In this document: positions 54,306 through 62,450 of the stretch, one piece after another | How the letters are laid out: each line of letters opens with the position of its first letter | How positions within the stretch are numbered: position 1 is the first letter of the stretch | Assembly: GCA_035717485.1 (NCBI GenBank) | Contig: DASTIQ010000044.1 | Coordinates: 3,791-67,790 of the forward strand | Reading direction: 5' to 3' | Origin: Thermoanaerobaculia bacterium | GTDB taxonomy: Bacteria; Acidobacteriota; Thermoanaerobaculia; UBA5066; DATFVB01 | Length of the DNA stretch: 64,000 nt | Made by a program: the position numbers and the translations under genes | Notes under the pieces: generated by a model | What the model was told of the DNA's origin: nothing | The model's database searches: none | The model's input: the letters and a program-made list of their open reading frames with translations, nothing else

Positions 54306-56366
54306 ATGAATAGGCCGTGCGTCCCGCGCACCGCGGAAGAGAGGGCCGCCGGATGGGGAGGCGCGCTCGCCCGTTTCACGGGCGGAACGCTCGCCTATCT
54401 CCTGCTGAGCGGCCTCGCGATCCGGTTCGTTTCGTTTTCGGCGCTCGCGGAATGGACGGTGATCGTCCACAGCGCGGCGGGGGTCCTCTCGTTCGCGCCG
54501 CTCGGCGTGTACCTCTTCCGGCACTGGCGCGCCTACCGCGCCGACGCCCTCACCCCGGCAAAGGTGCTCGGGTGGTTCGCGTTCGCGGCCGTCGCCGCGG
54601 CGGAGATGTCGGGATTCTGGGCGGCGGGCCTCGCGCTCTTTTCCCGCCGGGTGCCCGGCTGGGTCCGGGACGTCCACCTGATCCCGTCGATCGCGGTCGG
54701 CGTCTTCGCCGTCGCTCACCTCTGGCCGATCTGGAAGCGCAAGGCCCTCTCGCCCGACCTCGCCCGCCGGGCGCGGGCGCTCCGCGAGGGGTACCTCGCG
54801 TCGACGGTCCTCGTTTCCGCCGCGCTCCTGCTCGCCGCATTCCCGGCGACGCTCGCCCAGCGGTCGCCGCGCCGCGCCGGATCCTTCCCGAAGGATTATC
54901 GGATGCCCTTCGGGAAGAACCGTCCCTTCGCGCCCAGCCTCGCGCGCACCGAGCACAACGGAGCGCTGGCGCCCGAGGCGCTCTCGGGATCCGCGTCGTG
55001 CGGCTCGTCGGGGTGCCATGAGTCGATCTATCGGGAGTGGTCCGTGTCCGCCCACCGATGGGCGGCGCTCGACCCCGCGTTCCAGCGCGTCCAGGAGGAG
55101 ATGGCTCGCCAGAACGGGCCGGAGTCGACCCGTTACTGCGGCGGCTGCCACGATCCCATCTCCCTCTTCTCGGGGTCGAAGACCGTCTTCAAGGCGGACC
55201 TGACGAGCGATGCCGGCATGACCGAGGGGGTCTCGTGCCTCTCCTGCCATTCCGTCGGAAAAGCGGACGTGCAGGGAAACGCGAACTACGTCGTCCATCC
55301 GCCGGAGCGCTATCTCTTCGAGACGTCCCGCTCGCGCGCGGCGCGCCTCGTCTCCGATTTCCTGATCCGCGCCTACCCGAAGCACCACGTCGCGTCCCTC
55401 GAGAAGCGCCTGTTCAAGACGCCGGAGTACTGCGCCGCGTGCCACAAGCAGTTCGTCGACCAGGAGGTCAACAACTTCGGGTGGGTACAGCTTCAGAACC
55501 AGTACGACAACTGGCGAAAGAGCAAGTGGAACCACCCGGGCGATCCGCGCCGCACGATCGAGTGCCGCGAGTGCCACATGCCTCTCCTCGGCGGCCCCGA
55601 GCCCGCTTCGGGGGACACGGCGGACTACAACCGCACGGCGGCCGACGGACAGCACCGCAGCCACCGATTCCTCGGCGCGAACCAGTACATGCCCGCGCTC
55701 CTGAAGCTCCCGGGGGGCGAACGGCAGGTGGAACTCGTCGACCGCTGGCTGCACGGCTCGTACCCCGTCCCGGAGATCGCGTCGAAATGGGCCGCCGGCC
55801 CGGCGGTGTCGCTCGCCCTCGACGTCCCCTCGCACGCCGACGCGGGCCGCCCGCTGCGGGTGCGGGCGATCATCACGTCGAACAAGGTGGGGCACGACTA
55901 TCCCACGGGTCCGCTCGACCTGATCCAGTCGTGGATCGAGATCGACGTCCGCGATGCCTCCGGGGCCGTCGTCTTCACGTCGGGGCGTCCGGACGCGAAG
56001 AAGATGATCCCGCCCGGTTCCTTCCTCTTCAAGGCGGAGCCCGTCGACCGCTACGGCAATCTCATCGATCGCCACAACCTCTGGGAGATGGTCGGCGTCC
56101 GGTACCGGCGCAGCCTCTTCCCGGGATACTCCGACGTGGCGGAGTACACCTTCACGTGCCCCTCCTCGGGTGGCACGCCCGCGCCCGTTCGCGACCTCGT
56201 GGTTCCCGACCCGCCGGTCGGCGCCGTCTCGATCGAGGCGATCCTCCACTACCGCAAGCTCGACCAGTTCCTCGTCGATTTCCTTTTCCCGGGCAAGGGG
56301 CTCTCGGCGCCGATCACCGATCTCGCCCGGGCCCGGGCGGTCGTCCACATCGTTCCCGCCGCATGA
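54306..56366 (+). CDS. membrane-anchored multihaem cytochrome c (N-terminal four-helix His-containing domain plus periplasmic domain with four CxxCH and one CxxxxCH)
   Basis: GGAG then ATG 54306. TM helices with His (IVHSAAGVL, AVAHLWPIW). Haem motifs CGGCH, CLSCH, CAACH, CRECH and CGSSGCH. Confidence 0.7.
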   Translation: MNRPCVPRTAEERAAGWGGALARFTGGTLAYLLLSGLAIRFVSFSALAEWTVIVHSAAGVLSFAPLGVYLFRHWRAYRADALTPAKVLGWFAFAAVAAAEMSGFWAAGLALFSRRVPGWVRDVHLIPSIAVGVFAVAHLWPIWKRKALSPDLARRARALREGYLASTVLVSAALLLAAFPATLAQRSPRRAGSFPKDYRMPFGKNRPFAPSLARTEHNGALAPEALSGSASCGSSGCHESIYREWSVSAHRWAALDPAFQRVQEEMARQNGPESTRYCGGCHDPISLFSGSKTVFKADLTSDAGMTEGVSCLSCHSVGKADVQGNANYVVHPPERYLFETSRSRAARLVSDFLIRAYPKHHVASLEKRLFKTPEYCAACHKQFVDQEVNNFGWVQLQNQYDNWRKSKWNHPGDPRRTIECRECHMPLLGGPEPASGDTADYNRTAADGQHRSHRFLGANQYMPALLKLPGGERQVELVDRWLHGSYPVPEIASKWAAGPAVSLALDVPSHADAGRPLRVRAIITSNKVGHDYPTGPLDLIQSWIEIDVRDASGAVVFTSGRPDAKKMIPPGSFLFKAEPVDRYGNLIDRHNLWEMVGVRYRRSLFPGYSDVAEYTFTCPSSGGTPAPVRDLVVPDPPVGAVSIEAILHYRKLDQFLVDFLFPGKGLSAPITDLARARAVVHIVPAA

Positions 56367-58879
56367 GCGGCTCGCGCCTCCGACGCTTCACTCACCCGCG
56401 CGCCGTGATCGCCGCGGCGCTGGCGGTGGTCGCGGCGGCGGCGGCGCTCTACGCGACGCACGGAGGAGAGGAAGCCCCCTACCGCCCCGGAGAGGCCGTC
56501 GAAGGAATCACCGACGTCAATCGCCACCAGGTCTCCGGCGCGGACTGGGGGATCCGCTGGACCGACGTCGCCGCGAAGTCCGGCCTCGCCTTCCGGCACT
56601 TTTCGGCGGGGGCGCGGTCGACGCAGCTTCCCGAGGACATGGGCTCGGGGCTCGCCTTCGGCGACTACGACGGAGACGGGTGGTGGGACCTCTTCGTGGC
56701 CGACACGACCGGACCGCTGACGATGAGCGCGAGCGAGCTCGCGAGCGCTCGCGGCGGCTGCCGTCTCTACCACAACCTCGGAGGCGTGTTCACGGACGTG
56801 ACCGAGGAGGCGGGTCTGGGAGGGCTCCGCGGGAACTATCTCGGCGCGGCGTGGGGCGATTACGACAACGACGGCCGACCCGACCTCGTCGTGACCTCCT
56901 TCGGGGGGATCCGTCTCTTCCACAACCGCGGAGACGGGACGTTCGAGGACGTGTCGCACGCGTCGGGCGTCGACGCGTTCCGCGGCTTCTGGACCGGCGC
57001 GACATGGGGAGATGCCGACGGGGACGGGCGTCTCGATCTCTACGTGTGCGGTTACGTCGACTACCGTTTCGACCCCGCCGATGCGGGGCGATCGTCGAAA
57101 TTCGGCGCCGCCGACAGCCCTTTCACCATCAACCCTTCGTCGTATCCGCCGATCGCGAACCTGTACTTCCACAACGAGGGAGGGGGCCGGTTCCGGGAGA
57201 TGGCCGCCGAGGCCGGAATCTCCGACCCGGAGGGACGCAGCCTGTCGGCGACGTTCGCCGATTTCGACAATGACGGGCGGTCCGATCTCTACGTCGCCAA
57301 CGACGTGTCCGAAGGGGCGCTCTACGTCAACGCGGGCGGCGGCCTGTTCGCCGAACGGGGGCACGACGCGCACGTCGCCGACTACCGCGGCGCGATGGGG
57401 ATCGCGGTCGGCGACGTCGACGGCGACGGCGCGCTCGACATGTTCGTCACCCACTGGATCGCGGAAGCGAACGCGCTTTACCTCAACCGGCTCTTCGCCG
57501 GGCCCTCGCGGCGGCTCGACTTCGAGGACGCGGCGGAGCGTTTCGGGCTCGGCGAGATCTCGACCGACGACATCGCCTGGGGCGCCGCCTTCCTCGACGT
57601 CGACGGCGACGGTTTCCCGGATCTCGCCGTGGCGAACGGCTCGACGTTCGAGGACGCCGCCGACCGTCGCCGGCTCGTCCCGATGCCGATGCGACTGTTC
57701 CGGAACCTCGGCGGCCGGAGGTTCACCGACGTCGCTCCGGCTTCCGGCGAGGTCTGGACCACCCCACGGGTGCATCGCGGCCTCGCCGTGGCGGACGTGG
57801 ACGGAGACCTCCGGCAGGAGATCGCCGTGGTCGTCCACGGCGGAGAATTGATCCTCCTGAAGGCGGCCGGGGGGCCCGCGAACCACCGAATCGCGTTTCG
57901 ACTGGAGGGAACGCGGTCGAACCGGTCGGCGTACGGCGCCCGGGTCACGCTGCTCGCCGCGGGGAGGACGCAGATTCGCGAGATCGGCGCGGGGTCTTCC
58001 TATCTTTCCCAGAACGCCCCGGAGGCCGTCTTCGGCCTCGGCGCGGCGGCGAGCGCCGACCGGGTCACGGTCCGGTGGCCGTCCGGCGCCGCGCAGACGT
58101 TCACGGACCTCGCCGCCGATCGCGCGTACCGGCTCAAGGAAGGGCGGGGGGCGCCCGAGGCGATCCCGGGAGGGCGGGGCGGCGAACTGGCCTTCTGGGA
58201 CGCCTACGCGCGGGCGCGGGACCGCGCGGGCCGCGGAGATGCGGTCGGCGCGATCGCGGGCTACCGCGAGGCGCTGGCCGTGAACCCGAGGCACGAGGAC
58301 AGCCTCTATGCGCTCGGGAACCTCCTCCTCGAGAGCGGCGACCGGTCCGGCGCCCGAAAAGCGTTCGAGACGCTCGCGGCGTTCGCCCCGCGGAGCGCCC
58401 GAATGCACGGGGCGCTCGGCGACCTGCTTGCCGAAGAGGCCGCCGGGAGCGGCGCCGGGTTCGACGCGGCAAGAACGCATTACCGCGCCGCCGGCGAGTT
58501 GAACGGCGAAGAGACGGGCTGGGTACTCCGGACGGGGGAGATTTCGCTCGCCGAGGGGAAGACCCGGGACGCGGCGGTCGCGTTCCGGAACGTCCTCTCG
58601 ACGAATCCCCGCTCGTTCGAAGCGCTCTATCTCTCCGGTTTTCTCGCGTACCGCCGGGGCGATCTCACCGAAGCCGGGCGCCTTCATGCGCACGCCTTCG
58701 CGGCGATCCCCCTTCCGGCCGGGCCGGCGTCGGCCGAGGGGGACGCGCGCCGCGCGGGATCCGCGCTTCCGCGGCGGGGCGTCTTCGCCGCGCACTGGAG
58801 ACGCCTGGCATCGGGTCCGATGACGATGGAAGAAGCCTACGCGGACCTGTCGCGGCGGATCGGGAAACCTTCCCGCTGA
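56363..58879 (+). CDS. FG-GAP repeat / ASPIC-UnbV (CRTAC1-like) protein with C-terminal TPR repeats
   Basis: ATG overlaps the upstream stop (ATGA). Repeated DxDGDG.D...V motifs (GDYDGDGWWDLFV, GDYDNDGRPDLVV, GDADGDGRLDLYV...), then RVTLLAAGRTQIREIGAGSSYLSQ ASPIC region and TPR-like tail. Confidence 0.75.
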   Translation: MSGSRLRRFTHPRAVIAAALAVVAAAAALYATHGGEEAPYRPGEAVEGITDVNRHQVSGADWGIRWTDVAAKSGLAFRHFSAGARSTQLPEDMGSGLAFGDYDGDGWWDLFVADTTGPLTMSASELASARGGCRLYHNLGGVFTDVTEEAGLGGLRGNYLGAAWGDYDNDGRPDLVVTSFGGIRLFHNRGDGTFEDVSHASGVDAFRGFWTGATWGDADGDGRLDLYVCGYVDYRFDPADAGRSSKFGAADSPFTINPSSYPPIANLYFHNEGGGRFREMAAEAGISDPEGRSLSATFADFDNDGRSDLYVANDVSEGALYVNAGGGLFAERGHDAHVADYRGAMGIAVGDVDGDGALDMFVTHWIAEANALYLNRLFAGPSRRLDFEDAAERFGLGEISTDDIAWGAAFLDVDGDGFPDLAVANGSTFEDAADRRRLVPMPMRLFRNLGGRRFTDVAPASGEVWTTPRVHRGLAVADVDGDLRQEIAVVVHGGELILLKAAGGPANHRIAFRLEGTRSNRSAYGARVTLLAAGRTQIREIGAGSSYLSQNAPEAVFGLGAAASADRVTVRWPSGAAQTFTDLAADRAYRLKEGRGAPEAIPGGRGGELAFWDAYARARDRAGRGDAVGAIAGYREALAVNPRHEDSLYALGNLLLESGDRSGARKAFETLAAFAPRSARMHGALGDLLAEEAAGSGAGFDAARTHYRAAGELNGEETGWVLRTGEISLAEGKTRDAAVAFRNVLSTNPRSFEALYLSGFLAYRRGDLTEAGRLHAHAFAAIPLPAGPASAEGDARRAGSALPRRGVFAAHWRRLASGPMTMEEAYADLSRRIGKPSR

Positions 58880-58906
58880 GACCGAGTCGCCTTCGACCCG
58901 GAACCG

Positions 58907-59208
58907 CTACCGGTGGGCGGGCGCCGCGCCGAGTTCGTCGGCCCGCACGCGGCCGAGGCATTCCTGACCGCACCCGCGGTTCTCGGGCCAGAGCGAGCAC
59001 TCCGCGACCCGGAGCGGCAGGCGGTCGAACGCCGAGCCGATCGCGATCGAAAGCGCGTCGACCCGAACGCCCGCCGGCCCCCCCGTGCGCGGGCAGAGGA
59101 GCGAGCGGGTCCCTCGAAATCGCCGGTAGGCGCCCACGGCGACCGGCAGGGCGACCAGCAGCAGCCCCGCGCCGACGACTCCCACGATCTCCCAGGCCGA
59201 ACCGTTCA
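58907..59208 (-). CDS. small membrane protein with Cys-rich C-terminal part (hypothetical)
   Basis: ATG 59208 (MNGSAWEIVGVVGAGLLLVALPVAVGAY...), 100 aa. Confidence 0.35.
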
Positions 59209-59258
59209 TGACCGCCTCCTTCGCTCCGCGGCTCGCGCCGCGATCTCGAGGTCCGACT

Positions 59259-59855
59259 TCAGCGCTTCGGGTGCTCGCTCTCCGCCGGCGCGGAACCGGC
59301 ATCGAACAGCGACTCCGCCGCATGGACGTACTCGACGTAGGCGCGGACGTACGCGCGTCCCGCCGCCACGCTCTCCGACGCATGCCGTCGCGCTTCGCGG
59401 ACGCGGGCGAACCGTTCGCGGAGGAAGGCGGCGTCGCGGTCCGTGACGAGGCGGACGAGATCGTCGGCCGACCCGGTCTCGAGCGATCGGTCCGCGGCCC
59501 GCACCGCGGGAGAGACTTCCGTCCCGGCTGCCTTGACGCCCGTGAACGGCTCGCCTTCGGAGGCGCGATGCAGGCGCACGACGGTCTCGAAAAACGAACG
59601 ATCGGCCAGGGCCTCGGCGGCCGGCCCGAGTCGCCGCACGACGGATACTTCGTCGAATGCGCGCCGGACCTCCGCCTCGCTCGCCGGAGCCACCCACTTC
59701 AGCACCGGATCGACCGCGCCCGACTCGAGCGCGGCGCGCGCGTCGGCGACGACGGGACCATCCAGCGTGTCGCAGTGGGCGGCGGCGGGACGGGCGGTCG
59801 CGACGGCCGCGAGGAAGAACGCCGCGATCGCGACGCGGAGCGGGGAGCGGAGCAT
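59259..59855 (-). CDS. secreted hypothetical protein
   Basis: GAAGGAGGGAG RBS then ATG 59855, signal peptide MLRSPLRVAIAAFFLAAVATARPAAA. The track ORF 59259..61163 is an artefactual 634-aa extension. Confidence 0.5.
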   Translation of the reverse strand: MLRSPLRVAIAAFFLAAVATARPAAAHCDTLDGPVVADARAALESGAVDPVLKWVAPASEAEVRRAFDEVSVVRRLGPAAEALADRSFFETVVRLHRASEGEPFTGVKAAGTEVSPAVRAADRSLETGSADDLVRLVTDRDAAFLRERFARVREARRHASESVAAGRAYVRAYVEYVHAAESLFDAGSAPAESEHPKR

Positions 59856-59869
59856 CGGCTCCCTCCTTC

Positions 59870-61096
59870 TCATGCCGCGCGCGGCTTCCGCTTCCACGCG
59901 ATGTAGGGACGCGCGAGCGTCCGCATCGCGGCGAGCTTGGCTTCGTAGAACCGGGTCCCGAGCGTCGGCGGAACGAGGTCGGCGGCCTCTTCCGGCTGCA
60001 CGACGAGAGAAACCTCGATCGGAAGGATGCCGACGGGAAGGCCGGTTCGCCGGCATGCCTCGTACAGGTACGCGAAGACCTCTTTCATCGCTGCCGGTTC
60101 CGGCGACGGGACGTCCTGCATCTCGCTGTCGACGGTCGGCCGGAAGATGCAGACCGTGGGGAACGCGCCGGCGTCGACGATCCGGTCGATGCCGCGTTTC
60201 GTCGCTTCGATCGGCTCGACGCCCGCGATGATCTCTCCCGAAACCCGGCCGGCTCCGAGCTTCTTTGCCGCGTATTCCATCGCGTCGAAGAAGCCCTGCT
60301 GCCCGACGGTGTCGGCCTTGCCCGGGCAGAGCCGGGCGAACCATTCGGGGTCCTCGAACTCGTAGCAGAAGGAGAAGTGGTCGGCACCGGCGTCGATGAG
60401 CGCGTCGTACTCCCCGAACTTGCGCTTCGGGACCGGGTGGGCCTGGACGCCGATGAATCCGCCGACGCGCTCCCGAACGGCCTTCACGAACGGCTCGCAT
60501 TGCCGCAGGCCGTGGATCGGCTCGAGCTTGTCGACGTCCTCGAAGTGGTAGCCGGTGTTGAAGTGCGTGAAGATCGAACCCGATTCGTCGCGGGCCGCGA
60601 GGGCGACCTCGACGACGTCCTCCACCTTCTTGCGCGACTGCTCGACGACGCCGACGTTCTTTCCGGTCGTGCAGAACTTGCAGGCCCGGGAGGGGGTCGA
60701 CGCCCAGTAGAGGCAGGAGTTCGAGACGTAGACGCCGAGGTAGTTCCCCTGGAGAACGCCGATGCGGGACATCTCGACGCCGGTCTCCGTCCGGCGGGAG
60801 TACCACCCGGGCTCCGGAGGGATCTCGACGGGGTAATGCATCCCCGAGCGGACGTCCTCGACGAAGTAGCTCCCGGCGCGCTGCAGGAGAAAAGGGGAAG
60901 CCTGTGCGAAAGGCTCGACGACGGGAGCGTTCATCCAGATGTTCTTCCGGGGCGACGGCAGGACGAGCTCGAGCCCCGACCCGAGGCCGGCGCGCGTCCG
61001 GGCGATCCGCCGGGCGTCCTCGTCGGTGTGGCACGACGGGTCGATCCGGACTCCCCGGCAGAAGAGTTCGATCTCGAGTTCCACGGGTGACAGCAT
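59870..61096 (-). CDS. Fe-S / radical-SAM-like TIM-barrel protein with noncanonical Cys motif (function unknown)
   Basis: GGGAGGGAAC RBS then ATG 61096. 408 aa, C-x10-C-x2-C (CLYWASTPSRACKFC), normal composition. Confidence 0.45.
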   Translation of the reverse strand: MLSPVELEIELFCRGVRIDPSCHTDEDARRIARTRAGLGSGLELVLPSPRKNIWMNAPVVEPFAQASPFLLQRAGSYFVEDVRSGMHYPVEIPPEPGWYSRRTETGVEMSRIGVLQGNYLGVYVSNSCLYWASTPSRACKFCTTGKNVGVVEQSRKKVEDVVEVALAARDESGSIFTHFNTGYHFEDVDKLEPIHGLRQCEPFVKAVRERVGGFIGVQAHPVPKRKFGEYDALIDAGADHFSFCYEFEDPEWFARLCPGKADTVGQQGFFDAMEYAAKKLGAGRVSGEIIAGVEPIEATKRGIDRIVDAGAFPTVCIFRPTVDSEMQDVPSPEPAAMKEVFAYLYEACRRTGLPVGILPIEVSLVVQPEEAADLVPPTLGTRFYEAKLAAMRTLARPYIAWKRKPRAA

Positions 61097-61149
61097 GGGT
61101 TCCCTCCCTCTCTCTGCCCGCAGCGTAGGCGGACCGCCGCTTTCCCGCC

Positions 61150-61206
61150 ATGATGCAAATCATCCAGAACGCCCGAAAAACCCGCGTTTCTTATGACGGA
61201 AATCAT
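61150..61206. promoter_or_regulatory. two FNR/Dnr-type boxes (aTGATgcaaATCAt at 61150-61163; aTGACggaaATCAt at 61193-61206) upstream of the nosZ-linked cytochrome gene
   Basis: Each matches TTGAT-N4-ATCAA at 8/10 positions. Box 2 is centred about 41 nt upstream of ATG 61241 and about 68 nt upstream of ATG 61268. Confidence 0.35.
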
Positions 61207-61267
61207 GGGGCGCCCGGCGGGGCCGCCCTACGCTCGCGGCATGAAACAGAACACGAGCGGAGGATGT

Positions 61268-62422
61268 ATGCGGAGAGCTTCCCGGACGATTCCCGCCGCC
61301 CTTCTGGCCGCGGCGCTCGGCGCCGCCGGCTGCGCGCGGAAGGCGGCCACGGCCGGACCGGGGTCCCTGACGCCCGCCTTCCTGGACGTGGCGGTCGCGA
61401 AGCGCCCGCCGGTCTCGCCGGCCACGATCGCGCGGGGCCGGACGGTCTACCTCGCCAATTGCGTCCAGTGCCACGGCGAGGACGGCGCGGGCGACGGCTT
61501 CGGCGCGCCGTTCCTGGTGCCGCCGCCGCGCGACTTCACGACCGCCGAGTTCAAGTTCCGGACGACGGCGGCGGGGGAACTCCCGACGGACGAAGACCTC
61601 TTCCGAACGATCTCGCGCGGCGCGTCCGGGACCGGGATGCCGCCGTGGGCCTACCTGCTCCCGGCGGAAGACCGCTGGGCGCTCGTCGACTACGTCAAGA
61701 CCTTCTCGCCGCGCTTCAACGGGGCCGCCGCGCGGACGATGGCGGCGATCCCGCCGCCGCCGTCCTCCGAGGACGCGGCCCGGGGAAAGCTCGTGTACCA
61801 GCAGATGCAGTGCGCGAAGTGCCACGGCGACGACGGGCGCGGCGACGGACCTTCGGCGCTGACGCTCCAGGATGCGAAGGGGCGGCACATCAACTCGCGC
61901 GACTTCACGACGCCCGGCGCCTTCCGAACCGGATGGACCGACCGGGAGATCGTCCGCACGTTCCAGACGGGGCTGAACGGCACCCCGATGCCTTCCTACG
62001 CCGGGCTGATGACGCCGCAGCAGGCCTACGACCTCGCCGCGTACGTGAGGAGCTTCGCCGGGCCGGGATCCGGCAACCAGAAGCGCCAGACCGCCCGCGG
62101 GATGGAGGGGGTCGGAGCGCCGTCGCGCGTGATCGAGCTCCGCGAGCACGCGTGGCGGTACGAGCCCGCCGAGATCCGCGTCCGGAGAGGCGAGGTCGTC
62201 CAGATCCGCTTCTCGGCGACCGACAACGGGCTGGGCGCCGGCCACGGCTTCGCGATCGACGGCTACGACCAGCAGGTGTTCATCAACGGCGCGATGGTCG
62301 GCTCGCCGCAGACGGTCACGTTCAAGATCGACGAGCCGGGGACCTACCGCTACTACTGCGCGACCCAGTGCAGCACGACGGAGCTCCATCCGAAGATGCA
62401 CGGAACGCTGATCGTCGAATGA
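61268..62422 (+). CDS. dihaem cytochrome c fused to a CuA-like cupredoxin domain (probable lipoprotein)
   Basis: GGAGGA then ATG 61268 (alternatives 61193, 61241). MRRASRTIPAALLAAALGAAGC lipobox-like signal. CVQCH and CAKCH haem motifs. C-terminal C-x3-C-x5-H-x2-M (CATQCSTTELHPKM) resembling CuA ligands. Confidence 0.65.
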   Translation: MRRASRTIPAALLAAALGAAGCARKAATAGPGSLTPAFLDVAVAKRPPVSPATIARGRTVYLANCVQCHGEDGAGDGFGAPFLVPPPRDFTTAEFKFRTTAAGELPTDEDLFRTISRGASGTGMPPWAYLLPAEDRWALVDYVKTFSPRFNGAAARTMAAIPPPPSSEDAARGKLVYQQMQCAKCHGDDGRGDGPSALTLQDAKGRHINSRDFTTPGAFRTGWTDREIVRTFQTGLNGTPMPSYAGLMTPQQAYDLAAYVRSFAGPGSGNQKRQTARGMEGVGAPSRVIELREHAWRYEPAEIRVRRGEVVQIRFSATDNGLGAGHGFAIDGYDQQVFINGAMVGSPQTVTFKIDEPGTYRYYCATQCSTTELHPKMHGTLIVE

Positions 62423-62450
62423 TCGATCGTCGAAAGGAAAGAGGAAGAAC

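Noticed and set aside
59259-61163. 634-aa minus-strand ORF
   Set aside because: Only the last about 200 codons (from ATG 59855) form a plausible secreted protein. The rest is out of frame with the radical-SAM-like gene.
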